Source: a virus. Taken from it: a DNA stretch of 64,000 bases. The notes below the pieces were generated by a model. The model made no database searches. It saw nothing but the letters and a program-made list of their open reading frames with translations, and was not told the DNA's origin. A program made the position numbers and the translations under genes. This document shows positions 36,661-46,223 of this stretch, one piece after another (within the stretch, counting starts at the first letter, position 1; every line of letters starts with the position of its first letter). The stretch lies in the IMG/VR virus record IMGVR_UViG_3300021085_002380; one strand, written 5' to 3'.

Positions 36661-37981
36661 TTAAAAACCTTTCCATATCAGATATATCGTGTTCGTTGTA
36701 TCTAAACGCCTTTATATTATGTATATTTATCTCATCACTGTCAATTAAATACTGCGACAAATCAGTATGATATAATCTTTCTACTTCATCCATTACCATG
36801 TTAAAGCGATATAATTGGTTATGCTCCGCATCAAACGAATAGTCAATCCATGGATAAAACCGATATCCTTTACTTTCTAAATAAGGTTTTAAATCAGGTG
36901 ATGCAATCCACAAAAACGGCTGTCCTAGCATTAACGGCCTATAAATTTTTTCAGTAATTGATGGCATATGTGTTCTTGATTCAATTACAACTTGAAATTG
37001 CGAGTCTATAAATTGCGGCGGAGTCCTATACCAAAATTGTCCTGTTGCAACTTTCATCCAACGTGTTTTAATATCTTCGCCATCATCATTTAAAATACGG
37101 TGTTTGAAAACGTTTTCCGGTCCTACGCGGTTTACAGTATCGTGCACAGATTGTTTTAATACTGGGTCTGGGTTTTCTAAATATTTTTTAATAGATGCTT
37201 CTGGGTCTGCAACGTTTTGTGTATGTATTACATCATCTTGCCATAATATGTTTCTTTCAATCAATTCAGCAATTAAGTCTAAACGTAACCATCTTCCGTC
37301 TATCATTCCAACTGGCACTGATAACTTATATTTATGATTTGCATATGGATCCCACTGAATATATGGAAAATGAGAAATCTTATCAAAACAATCAATGTGT
37401 GTTACGTATGGTTTATATTTTTCAGAGTGCGAAGAGTACGGTTCAGTATTTTCTTGGTTTGTATCATATGAATTTAATAACCATTGAAATTTGTTTGGCG
37501 GTATCTTTTCGCATAATTTATCAAAATCTAAAAAGAAATTGTCAAACGTGGAGTCGCTAATATAACGCTCAGGGCGTAATATTACAAACTCAAATATCCA
37601 TGCTACAACTATCTTAACGTTGTTATTATTTACAAAGTTTAATAAGTCTTGACTTTTTAATAATAACCCAGGAATTTCACATAAAGTACGAGTATCATCA
37701 CCCGGTAAGATTATAAGATTTATATCATCATCGTTAACCGTATCTTGATTTATTATTTTGTATGAAGGTTTAAATTTTTCAGAACATTCTTCGTCTCGTT
37801 CGTCTGCAAAATATTTAAAAAACTGTTCTCGTATTTTTTTATCATACCAAATGTATTTAACATCGCCAAGACTATCACCAAACTTTTTAGACTCAGGGCC
37901 GGTCCACATTGGTACATTTCGTACTGGGCAAAAAGCAGGATTCCACGTCCAAATTTTTATTTTGTCAACAAATGGTTTCAT
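36650..37981 (-). CDS. Glycosyltransferase-like protein (GT10-like C-terminus)
   Basis: VVIES...ITEKIYRPL..GQPFL...LESKGY...IDYSFD. Confidence 0.5.
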   Translation of the reverse strand: MKPFVDKIKIWTWNPAFCPVRNVPMWTGPESKKFGDSLGDVKYIWYDKKIREQFFKYFADERDEECSEKFKPSYKIINQDTVNDDDINLIILPGDDTRTLCEIPGLLLKSQDLLNFVNNNNVKIVVAWIFEFVILRPERYISDSTFDNFFLDFDKLCEKIPPNKFQWLLNSYDTNQENTEPYSSHSEKYKPYVTHIDCFDKISHFPYIQWDPYANHKYKLSVPVGMIDGRWLRLDLIAELIERNILWQDDVIHTQNVADPEASIKKYLENPDPVLKQSVHDTVNRVGPENVFKHRILNDDGEDIKTRWMKVATGQFWYRTPPQFIDSQFQVVIESRTHMPSITEKIYRPLMLGQPFLWIASPDLKPYLESKGYRFYPWIDYSFDAEHNQLYRFNMVMDEVERLYHTDLSQYLIDSDEINIHNIKAFRYNEHDISDMERFLNDL

Positions 37982-38035
37982 TTTGCAACTGTCAAATTAT
38001 ATTATGTGTCAAACTTTTGACACTCCCAAAAAACC

Positions 38036-38043
38036 TATAAATA
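38036..38043 (+). promoter_or_regulatory. T4-type late promoter
   Basis: TATAAATA ~45 nt upstream of the plus-strand operon. Confidence 0.75.
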
Positions 38044-38086
38044 TATATAATAGAGTAAAGTATGCTTTTATCATTATTAATATGGG

Positions 38087-38659
38087 ATGAACATTATGCC
38101 AAGACATTTACTCTTTCTGTTTTTATTATTTATACCTTTCATTGGTCCAACCATAGCGGAGGCAGAGCCAATAGTTACAGAGAGCACAACAGACAGTACT
38201 ATTAACAGCAATAGTACATCGGAGACTACAGTCAATTCTCCACCGCCGTCGGCGATCGCTCCTTCGATTAATTCAGCCAATTCAGATTTATGTACCGTAG
38301 GTGTATCAGGCGCGGTTCAAACACAGATATTAGGTATATCAGGTGCCAAGATGGTTCGTGATATGAACTGCGAAAAACTAAAGAACGCTAAAACATTATA
38401 TGATATGGGAATGAAGGTGGCCGCTGTTTCGGTAATGTGTCAAGATCCTCGTGTATTTAATGCTATGATGGATGCAGGAACACCTTGCCCTTATGATGGT
38501 ATGATTGGTGATGCAGCTAAGGCGGCATGGATTGCCAATCGTGATGAACAGCCTGAAGATCCGCAAAGTAATATAATAAAGGATATGAACGATGAGACCA
38601 AGTCTACTTTGTTCGGCGGTGGCCTTGTGGGCGGCCTCCTTCTCTTATTGCTACTCTGA
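38087..38659 (+). CDS. Exported Cys-containing protein with C-terminal membrane anchor
   Basis: Signal peptide; S/T linker; 4 Cys; C-term GGLLLLLLL. Confidence 0.75.
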   Translation: MNIMPRHLLFLFLLFIPFIGPTIAEAEPIVTESTTDSTINSNSTSETTVNSPPPSAIAPSINSANSDLCTVGVSGAVQTQILGISGAKMVRDMNCEKLKNAKTLYDMGMKVAAVSVMCQDPRVFNAMMDAGTPCPYDGMIGDAAKAAWIANRDEQPEDPQSNIIKDMNDETKSTLFGGGLVGGLLLLLLL

Positions 38660-39491
38660 TACAACATATAGTTCAACTAATAACGCCGCGGCGGAAGCTT
38701 TAGCGTGGGCAATGAAAAATGTTTTACCTGATTCAACTGCACCTTATATCTCAGTAGAAATAAATGGTTTAGCTTATCAATATACAATGGTGAAAGATCC
38801 TGAGGCAGACGCAACTGTTACGATTTCAAACGAAGACGCTGCAAATCCTGGGACAAATATTTTTGAAGAAACAGATGATTGGAGTGGTAATCCTGGTGGA
38901 ACTGTAAGGAAATATTTTAGATTTGATTATACAGATTCTTCTAGGTGGGGAGATGGCGAAATAAGTGTTGAAGGCGAAGGTACGGTTACAGACCCATTTG
39001 TAGTTTACAATTACAAGATGGTAGTAGATGAAAGTTTCCAATGTCTTTCACCATTGTCAAATCCAAGTTGTCCTGGATATTCCACGGCACTGGCTGAGTA
39101 TTTAGCTTCGCTTGCGCAACCGCCGTCAATTGGTGATCCGTATTATGATGAGTGGGTCCAAGCAGAATTAAACCGTGAAGCAAATAGAGATGAGGAAGAA
39201 TTAGAACAAGCAGACAACAGTAATGAAGTAGAAGATGATTTGGAAGAGCAACTGGGTGGTAATAACAATATCGACAAGTTAGTTGATGGTGCCGCCCAGC
39301 AATCAATTTTAGCAAATTTATCGTTAAATCCAAAGATTGTACCATATTATGAAGTAACGATCCCGGGCGGCCAATACGAAGATACTTTAGTATTACCTTC
39401 GACAAGTTATCCGGATAATAGAAGAGCGATGAGAAACTTAGCATCAGACGCTAATCATAGATCTATGGTACGCTCACAATACGAACGATAA
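38592..39491 (+). CDS. Exported acidic protein
   Basis: Signal-like N-terminus; C..PLSNPSCPGY motif. Confidence 0.7.
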   Translation: MRPSLLCSAVALWAASFSYCYSDTTYSSTNNAAAEALAWAMKNVLPDSTAPYISVEINGLAYQYTMVKDPEADATVTISNEDAANPGTNIFEETDDWSGNPGGTVRKYFRFDYTDSSRWGDGEISVEGEGTVTDPFVVYNYKMVVDESFQCLSPLSNPSCPGYSTALAEYLASLAQPPSIGDPYYDEWVQAELNREANRDEEELEQADNSNEVEDDLEEQLGGNNNIDKLVDGAAQQSILANLSLNPKIVPYYEVTIPGGQYEDTLVLPSTSYPDNRRAMRNLASDANHRSMVRSQYER

Positions 39492-39502
39492 GGAGAAATT
39501 GT

Positions 39503-40003
39503 ATGTTCAAACATTTAATACTTGGCGGCGCAGCCATGATGATTTGCAGTTCTGCAGGCGCGGCAGAAACTCCAATTACTGGTAACGTAGCGTCAAAATG
39601 TTCGATTTATACGGACACAGCTGGTGTTTATGGTAACCCTACACCAGACGAATTAAGTACAACACCTGCGGACGGTGGTGTTTATCCGGTTGTACGCTAT
39701 GATGTTGCCATTGCAGACTATTACACCGCTAAAATTTCCTGGCCAATTTCGTTTTCATCTGCCCCGAGTCTTACCGACTCAGTAACATGGGATGGAGAAG
39801 TTACAGTAACGAATACATCAGATACTAATATGTCAGGATACGAAGCAGCTAAAATTGAGTACGACAACCACACTGAATACGATCTTAGTGTAGCTGGATC
39901 TACTTGGTTTTCAGTTGAGTCAGAAGCAAAATACGGTGTAGGTAAATCACTACCTGGTGGTGAATACAAGGCAAACGTTATTGCAGAGTGTATTGCGGAC
40001 TAA
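39503..40003 (+). CDS. Exported pilin/fimbrial-subunit-like protein
   Basis: Signal peptide; ITGNVASKCSI N-term; PGGEYKANVIAEC C-term. Confidence 0.55.
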   Translation: MFKHLILGGAAMMICSSAGAAETPITGNVASKCSIYTDTAGVYGNPTPDELSTTPADGGVYPVVRYDVAIADYYTAKISWPISFSSAPSLTDSVTWDGEVTVTNTSDTNMSGYEAAKIEYDNHTEYDLSVAGSTWFSVESEAKYGVGKSLPGGEYKANVIAECIAD

Positions 40004-40044
40004 AAGGTGTTAATTTGGGTAAAAAGTATATTGAGGGATTAAGA

Positions 40045-40419
40045 ATGAAGTATTTGGTGAGTTTGTTTATTATGTTAACTTGTACACCGGTTTTATCACA
40101 CGAATTGACACCAACATACCCAAAAATGCGCCCTGCATATGTTGACGGTGTGTTGGTGACAACTATGGATATATGGAATAGAAGAACCGATGTAGAATAC
40201 TACGAAATTGAAGTCTTTAATAAATATTGGGAGCCACTTCCGTTTGCTTCACAAGATAAAATAATAAAGATTAACTATTTGCAAAAGAAACAGTTTAACG
40301 TCTATATCAAATCTGAGCATGGAAGTAAAGCTGTATATATATGTACTACCTCTAAATTATTGAGGGAAGATGTACTATCAACCGGAGTAAAATCGAGGAT
40401 ATGCTCCAAGATAAAGTGA
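40045..40419 (+). CDS. Exported Ig-like protein, possible pilus chaperone-like
   Basis: Signal peptide; LTPT..., N....Y.IEV; terminal Cys pair. Confidence 0.45.
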   Translation: MKYLVSLFIMLTCTPVLSHELTPTYPKMRPAYVDGVLVTTMDIWNRRTDVEYYEIEVFNKYWEPLPFASQDKIIKINYLQKKQFNVYIKSEHGSKAVYICTTSKLLREDVLSTGVKSRICSKIK

Positions 40420-40426
40420 GAACATT

Positions 40427-40837
40427 ATGCGTTACATTATTTCATTGTGTTTGTTGTTGTTTACGACCACAGCAAATGCAGACTCTGGTTCGGTAAGTTT
40501 AGCATTGCCGAGCGCCCCAGGAAATTACCAATCTGATAAATTTAAGGCTGGTGATTTAGATTGTTCTAATGCCATCGGATCGGCTACACAACTTGAGCTC
40601 GGTGTAACTGGTCTTATTGACGGCGGTTATTATGATGATGTGAATCGATATATTAACGATAGACGTGTTGATAACGTCGGTGTATATGCAAGGATTGTTA
40701 TACCACTCGGCGCAAGACCTAAAGAAAGAATTGATTGTAATAGGTTATACGAAATGGAATTACAGTTAAAATCGCTGGAATTAGAACGTTTAAGAAGAGA
40801 GCTTCAGCAATTGAAAGAATTATCTTTTGAGGAGTAA
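40427..40837 (+). CDS. Exported protein with beta hairpin and C-terminal coiled coil
   Basis: Signal peptide ANA; two Cys; VYARIVIPL; leucine-zipper tail. Confidence 0.7.
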   Translation: MRYIISLCLLLFTTTANADSGSVSLALPSAPGNYQSDKFKAGDLDCSNAIGSATQLELGVTGLIDGGYYDDVNRYINDRRVDNVGVYARIVIPLGARPKERIDCNRLYEMELQLKSLELERLRRELQQLKELSFEE

Positions 40838-40839
40838 AC

Positions 40840-41502
40840 ATGGCTGAATTTGAATTTGCAGGAACCACGTTTAGAGGTGGTAAGATGTTTGCTGTTTTAA
40901 CGGCATTATCTACTTTAGGCGGCGGCGCATGGGCGGGTTTTGAATTTTATGCGGACTACATGGACATGAAAGAAATTGTTCAAAATATTGATATTGATGA
41001 AATTGCAGCTGCCAACGTGTTGCAATTACAAAAATTAGAAGATGCTATTGGATATACGCAAGACATTAAAGGAGATTTAAAAGGTGACATTAACAGGAGT
41101 GAAGAGTTAATATCATCGTTGGAAGATCAAATAATTGCAATGGAAACTACCGTAAGAACTTTACGTAAAGATGTTTACGATAAATTAGATACGTTTGAAG
41201 AGCGATTAAGAGTAACACTCAAAAGTAATCAAGATACGATGTCTGATTTACGTGATCGTATTAGTACTAATTTAGAAAACTCTGAGGCAAGAATTAAAGC
41301 TACACAAGCAAGCATTGGCACAACTCTTGAAGGCGTAAGAACAGAAATGAACCAAGTTCAAAAAGATGTAACTGCGTCTATCCGAGAAGTTGAAGCTGGT
41401 GTTCGCCAAACAGATAAAGATATAAGAGCTGATATGAAACAGCTTGATAGAGACATATCCGTAAAATTACAAGAAGCATTAGATAATCCATTATCAGAAT
41501 AG
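40840..41502 (+). CDS. Membrane-anchored long coiled-coil protein
   Basis: N-terminal TM helix then ~170 aa of heptads. Confidence 0.7.
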   Translation: MAEFEFAGTTFRGGKMFAVLTALSTLGGGAWAGFEFYADYMDMKEIVQNIDIDEIAAANVLQLQKLEDAIGYTQDIKGDLKGDINRSEELISSLEDQIIAMETTVRTLRKDVYDKLDTFEERLRVTLKSNQDTMSDLRDRISTNLENSEARIKATQASIGTTLEGVRTEMNQVQKDVTASIREVEAGVRQTDKDIRADMKQLDRDISVKLQEALDNPLSE

Positions 41503-41511
41503 GAGATAAAC

Positions 41512-41631
41512 ATGTCAGGACCAACGAGAACGTGTACAGCATGCGGCCATGATTGCCATTGTGATAAATCTGATTGTAAAAATTGCCAAAACGATGTTTG
41601 CGTAAAATGCAAATGTGAAAAAGATGTCTGA
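41512..41631 (+). CDS. Metallothionein-like Cys-rich peptide (39 aa)
   Basis: MSGPTRTCTACGHDCHCDKSDCKNCQNDVCVKCKCEKDV; AGGAG RBS; absent from the ORF track. Confidence 0.75.
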   Translation: MSGPTRTCTACGHDCHCDKSDCKNCQNDVCVKCKCEKDV

Positions 41632-41833
41632 CGACTATTATGAAAATACTAGAGAACAAATTCGAGATATCAGAAGAAGAATTAAAGTCCTTAGAGCAGA
41701 ACTCAATAGTAATACGACACGACCCAGTCCTATTCAAGACGATGGAAAAATGGAGAAATCGCCACGGGAAACCTCCGCAGTTCAAGTCGATCCGAGGGAA
41801 GAACTCAAAAGAAAATTAATGAAAAGAGGATAA
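41624..41833 (+). CDS. Hypothetical protein
   Basis: Start MSDDYY overlaps the previous stop. Confidence 0.6.
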   Translation: MSDDYYENTREQIRDIRRRIKVLRAELNSNTTRPSPIQDDGKMEKSPRETSAVQVDPREELKRKLMKRG

Positions 41834-41843
41834 GTATAATTAA

Positions 41844-42185
41844 ATGGAAACTATTGCCATTATAGTATTTCTAGCTATGGGAAGTACAATAAACAACTTA
41901 GAAAACGAAGTCGCAACGTTAGGTTATTTTCAAGAGCAAAATACTATGGAAAGTATAAAGCAACAAGAACAGATTAATGATCTTATAATTAGTACGGAAA
42001 AATTAGAAATTCAAGTTAAAGAATTAGAAAAGACAACTGAAATGAGGCATCTTGCATTATCAGGAGCAATCGCTTCAAAATATGCAAGGCATGAAACGTT
42101 TCACGACATGCAGCAAATACAAATAGATATCATGGAAATGAGACAAGATGAAATTTTACAAAAAATGTTAACAGCAGGGGAGTAA
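41844..42185 (+). CDS. Membrane-anchored coiled-coil protein
   Basis: N-terminal hydrophobic segment. Confidence 0.6.
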   Translation: METIAIIVFLAMGSTINNLENEVATLGYFQEQNTMESIKQQEQINDLIISTEKLEIQVKELEKTTEMRHLALSGAIASKYARHETFHDMQQIQIDIMEMRQDEILQKMLTAGE

Positions 42186-42187
42186 CA

Positions 42188-42925
42188 ATGTTAGAAAATT
42201 GTGCAAAAATGGCAGAGATCGCCGAGCTTGCGTATATAGATGGGCCTGAAGCAAAACCTAAATATAAGAAACTAGGTTATACAACCCACAAGTTCATTGA
42301 AGTAAACGGTGCACAATGCCACATCATTTCAAATAAAGAAGAAATCGTAATTGCATTCCGTGGTACTGAGCCAAAAGAGTTTTCCGATATTAAGGCAGAC
42401 TTAAACGCTTGGCCAGATAAACCAAACAATGGACACGGATTGGTACATAACGGGTTTCAAGAAGAAGTAAATAAGGTGTGGCCTGATATTGAAAAGGCTC
42501 TATCTAAAATGAAAAGAATTGGAAAACATTTGTTTCTTTGCGGCCATTCTTTAGGAGCTGCAATGGCAACAATTGCAACAAGCCGACTCGGTGATAAAGT
42601 TACTGCTTTATATACATATGGGTCGCCAAGAGTAGGAACTAGAAAATTTGTTAAATCGTTTGATAATATACCTCATTTCCGCCATGTTAACAATAACGAC
42701 TTGGTCACTTGTGTTCCTTTTGCTGCAATGGGATATAGACACCATTCGCAACCGCGGTACATCAACTACTTCGGTCATATTAGAAAAATGAGCAAATGGC
42801 AAAGAACAAAAGATAAATGGCGTGGAAGATTACGTGCATTTAAAAAAGGAATGCCATTCGACGGAGCATACGATCACGGTATGAACCATTATTGTAAATA
42901 CACGAAAGAAAATGAAAATGTCTGA
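42188..42925 (+). CDS. Class 3 lipase
   Basis: IAFRGTE, VHNGF, GHSLG, YTYGSPRVG, NDLVTCVP and terminal DH. Confidence 0.92.
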   Translation: MLENCAKMAEIAELAYIDGPEAKPKYKKLGYTTHKFIEVNGAQCHIISNKEEIVIAFRGTEPKEFSDIKADLNAWPDKPNNGHGLVHNGFQEEVNKVWPDIEKALSKMKRIGKHLFLCGHSLGAAMATIATSRLGDKVTALYTYGSPRVGTRKFVKSFDNIPHFRHVNNNDLVTCVPFAAMGYRHHSQPRYINYFGHIRKMSKWQRTKDKWRGRLRAFKKGMPFDGAYDHGMNHYCKYTKENENV

Positions 42926-43160
42926 TGAAATTGAAGTACCAAAAATATTACAAAAGCCTGTGCCATTAAAAGATGAAGATACACCAGAAGGAACTTTTGA
43001 TTTAAGCTTTAGGGTAATGAATAATGAAGTAATAGGCTTTGCCATGCGGGTTGATGATTTTAAAGCAAAATGGCTTATCCTTGGTCTTATAGCTATTGCA
43101 ATACTAGGTTTTGTTGCAACAGCCTTTGGTCCAATGATAATGAGTACGTTTGGTGGCTAA
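42912..43160 (+). CDS. Small membrane protein
   Basis: C-terminal TM helix. Confidence 0.6.
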   Translation: MKMSDEIEVPKILQKPVPLKDEDTPEGTFDLSFRVMNNEVIGFAMRVDDFKAKWLILGLIAIAILGFVATAFGPMIMSTFGG

Positions 43161-43344
43161 ACTATTTGATAAATTCTTTCACAGTAAAGCAGCTCATATA
43201 ACTTATGCTATAAGTACAATACTTTTTATTTTACACCTATTATTACATGCAGTACCTTTTGGTATTGGCGGCTGGGTTATATGGGAATATTTTGGTCATG
43301 GCCATTCGCACGAAAGCGGAACTCACAGTCATAAAGATAAATAG
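43150..43344 (+). CDS. Small His-rich membrane protein
   Basis: TM segment and GHGHSHESGTHSH tail. Confidence 0.5.
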   Translation: MVAKLFDKFFHSKAAHITYAISTILFILHLLLHAVPFGIGGWVIWEYFGHGHSHESGTHSHKDK

Positions 43345-43346
43345 AC

Positions 43347-43913
43347 ATGGGACTAAAATATGATCCTAATCGCTTTAAACATTACGGAAATAGATCAGAA
43401 GATAGATTGAAAAATAATTATTTTTTGGCTATACCGGGTTTATTTAATTTTGACGACATTTATAGTAGCGAAGTAAATAGAATAAAAGATGGCGGTACTA
43501 TTGTAGAAATTGGAATATGGCAAGGTAAAAGTACTGCGTGGATGGCGGAAGCAATAAAAGACAGTAAAAAAGATATAAATTTTTACGCAATTGACCATGA
43601 TGTATCAAACTTGAATGAACACATTGCACCAGTAAAAGATTATGTTAATATATTAAACTTAGACTCTGTTAAAGCCAGCAAACAATTTGAAGATAAATCT
43701 GTAGATTTTGTTTTCATTGACGGCGATCATAGGTATAGTGCTGTGATGAAAGATATATATGCTTGGGATAAAAAAATAAAAGATGGCGGATGTATTGCAG
43801 GACATGATTATATTAAAGATCATGACACATTAAAAGTATGGGATGCTGTAAACGATTTTTACGGAAAAGCAAATGTTTTGAATATAAGATCATCTTGGTA
43901 TATTAGAAAATAG
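43347..43913 (+). CDS. Class I SAM methyltransferase (Methyltransf_24-like)
   Basis: VEIGIWQGKST, VFIDGDH and IAGHDY. Confidence 0.85.
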   Translation: MGLKYDPNRFKHYGNRSEDRLKNNYFLAIPGLFNFDDIYSSEVNRIKDGGTIVEIGIWQGKSTAWMAEAIKDSKKDINFYAIDHDVSNLNEHIAPVKDYVNILNLDSVKASKQFEDKSVDFVFIDGDHRYSAVMKDIYAWDKKIKDGGCIAGHDYIKDHDTLKVWDAVNDFYGKANVLNIRSSWYIRK

Positions 43914-43929
43914 AATAAGGGACAACAAA

Positions 43930-44238
43930 ATGGAAATGCTAACTAGAATGTTTGGCGATACGCTGTGGATATATACAGCTATTGGAGGATCCGTTTTAGG
44001 CGCTGCCTTTTTAGCTTGGTTTAGAAATACCAAAGCTGCGCTATATTTAATGGGTAAGCTTGATAATACTTTAGACTACCTAGTTGATAAGTTTGGTTGG
44101 GAATGGTTACAAGATGATCCTGAAGCGTGGCGCAAGCGCTATCCAAAGGTCACAAAGAAAATTGATGATTTAGAACTGCGGCTACGAGCGTTAGAAGCTG
44201 GATCTAAAACAAAAGTTATAAAACAAAAGAAGGATTAG
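43930..44238 (+). CDS. Membrane protein
   Basis: N-terminal TM; short coiled coil. Confidence 0.65.
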   Translation: MEMLTRMFGDTLWIYTAIGGSVLGAAFLAWFRNTKAALYLMGKLDNTLDYLVDKFGWEWLQDDPEAWRKRYPKVTKKIDDLELRLRALEAGSKTKVIKQKKD

Positions 44239-44241
44239 ATT

Positions 44242-44439
44242 ATGTTTAGTAAACAGTGTAAATTGCATTTAGAAGAAGTTGGTGAAACAGGATTGCAGCA
44301 TGCTAAACATGCAGTAAAGGCCGCCATCAGATTACAGTTACTCGTGCCTGCGTTATTAGTACATGCTGTTGCTCCTAGATGTTTTACACATACAGCTACT
44401 AACGTAATGAATGATATTTTAAAGGAGAGAAAAAAATGA
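44242..44439 (+). CDS. Small His-containing protein (DUF6356-like)
   Basis: HL.EVGET..QH...A and HAV.P..F...A pattern. Confidence 0.6.
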   Translation: MFSKQCKLHLEEVGETGLQHAKHAVKAAIRLQLLVPALLVHAVAPRCFTHTATNVMNDILKERKK

Positions 44440-44594
44440 ATTGGTTAAAATCAAAAATTTCAGAACGTTCAAGTTTTGACGGAATTTTAATGGTCGCCGC
44501 CGGTGCCGCCATTATTATATTCAGCCCGTTAACTCAAATGATTGCTTATGCAGCGATTGCTTGGGGAGCATGGACAATTTGGCGTAAAGAGTAA
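44436..44594 (+). CDS. Small 2-TM holin-like protein (52 aa)
   Basis: Hand-translated MNWLKSKISERSSFDG...WTIWRKE; AAGGAG RBS. Confidence 0.6.
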   Translation: MNWLKSKISERSSFDGILMVAAGAAIIIFSPLTQMIAYAAIAWGAWTIWRKE

Positions 44595-44597
44595 ACT

Positions 44598-45173
44598 ATG
44601 GCACATTGGACTTTTGAAGATCATAAGAAATGGTACCCTAATAACTTTGACGATGGTATGATAAGATCCTTTGTGGACAAATTTAAACCAAGTTCAGTTT
44701 TTGAATTTGGTTGCGGAATTGGGCATTATTGTAATTATATGTCCAATTCCGATATCCCAATCGTTCACGGTGTAGAACCTGCGCCGATGGATCCAAATAT
44801 GTTTCAGAACGAAGGTTGTGAAAATATTGTTTGGGATATAACTAAAGATCCTGAACCATCGCCAATATTACCAACTTATGATGCAATTGTGTCTATTGAA
44901 GTTATGGAACATATTGACAAAAAATTCCATGCTGAAATATTTGACTATCTTGTTTCTAAAAATCCACGCGTTGTTTTGTTTTCAGCTGCAAGACCTGGGC
45001 AAGGTGGCAATGGCCATATTGCTGAAAGGCATGAAAGAGAATGGATTGATGAGTGGGAAAAGCGTGGATATCGTAGAGACAAAATAAGCTCCGATATACA
45101 AAAGAAAGCGTGCAATAAGAGAAACATTAATCACGTTAGAAATTGCAATATATACTTTAGGAATGACGATTAA
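44598..45173 (+). CDS. Class I SAM methyltransferase
   Basis: FEFGCGIG, SIEVMEHI and FSAARPGQGGNGH. Confidence 0.85.
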   Translation: MAHWTFEDHKKWYPNNFDDGMIRSFVDKFKPSSVFEFGCGIGHYCNYMSNSDIPIVHGVEPAPMDPNMFQNEGCENIVWDITKDPEPSPILPTYDAIVSIEVMEHIDKKFHAEIFDYLVSKNPRVVLFSAARPGQGGNGHIAERHEREWIDEWEKRGYRRDKISSDIQKKACNKRNINHVRNCNIYFRNDD

Positions 45174-45411
45174 TCATTTCAGTTATTAAACGTAACGGTA
45201 TGTTACCTTGTAGTCTATCAACCTCTACACCATCTTTTAACAACAAGATGCACGGCAAAGTTTTAACTCCATAAGTACTAGCAAGACCGACATTACTCAT
45301 TATGTCTATTTTTTGAATATCAACTCCAAAGTCTTTATCAGCCATTTGCTTATTTAACAGCTTAGCGGAGTTTGAATAATTAGCTATGAATTGGATTATT
45401 TTTAAGGACAT
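45157..45411 (-). CDS. Thioredoxin-fold protein lacking CxxC
   Basis: F.A.YSNSAK in place of WCGPCK; YGVKTLP..LLKDG.EVDR..G. Confidence 0.65.
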   Translation of the reverse strand: MSLKIIQFIANYSNSAKLLNKQMADKDFGVDIQKIDIMSNVGLASTYGVKTLPCILLLKDGVEVDRLQGNIPLRLITEMINRHS

Positions 45412-45488
45412 ATTCTTTTAAGTCTCTTTTGCGCATTCTTTTTAGTTTAAGAGTTTCTTTCTTAAACCGCTGAAGTTTCAAAAACTGT

Positions 45489-46223
45489 TTATGATTGTGT
45501 TTGTAAATTGTTGGTTGCGACATCTTTAAACTTTTCTGTTGACCATATATTTAACCAATTATGTGGAGAGAACTTTAGCTGTCCAATATATTCATATCCC
45601 CATTCTTTAAGTATATCGCCAGCCTTATCGTAATAGTCTTCCATAATTACAATAGGTTCATCCCGCATTATTGTATTCTTTGCTCCGCGAATTGCAGACG
45701 GCTCGTGATTTTCAAGATCTAAATGCATAATTGATAATTCTTTTACAGTTAAATCATCAATTGAAATTGTGTTAACTAATTGCGTTTTCTTACTATCATC
45801 TTCTGTAATCTGCGATGCACCACCCATATGACCGTTGTCAAATGTTTGCATATATGCGTGACCACTTTCAAGACTCATAGCTGCGTTAAACAATATAACA
45901 TTAGTCAAATCGTTTTCTTGAACGCAGCGTCTTGTAAGAACATAATTTTCTAATACTGGCTCAAAGGCATATAATGTGGCGTCGCAATGAGCAGAAAAAT
46001 GTGGAACCATATCGCCAAAAAACGTACCACCATGGATCATAGACATTTTAGTTTGTTTCAATACATTGGTAACAAACTCATGAGTTCTTTCTTCGTACCG
46101 ATAACCGTTTATCATCACTTCAGCTGCGGGCCGACGTAATGCATAAGAAGGTATAAAATAAACGTTGCCGAATAAATTAACTTCTTTGTAGTTTATTTGG
46201 TAACTACCCATTTGAATCTCCAA
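45489..46223 (-). CDS. FkbM-family methyltransferase
   Basis: AFEPV..N, IDDL and HLDLENHE..AI.GA. Confidence 0.8.
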   Translation of the reverse strand: MEIQMGSYQINYKEVNLFGNVYFIPSYALRRPAAEVMINGYRYEERTHEFVTNVLKQTKMSMIHGGTFFGDMVPHFSAHCDATLYAFEPVLENYVLTRRCVQENDLTNVILFNAAMSLESGHAYMQTFDNGHMGGASQITEDDSKKTQLVNTISIDDLTVKELSIMHLDLENHEPSAIRGAKNTIMRDEPIVIMEDYYDKAGDILKEWGYEYIGQLKFSPHNWLNIWSTEKFKDVATNNLQTQS

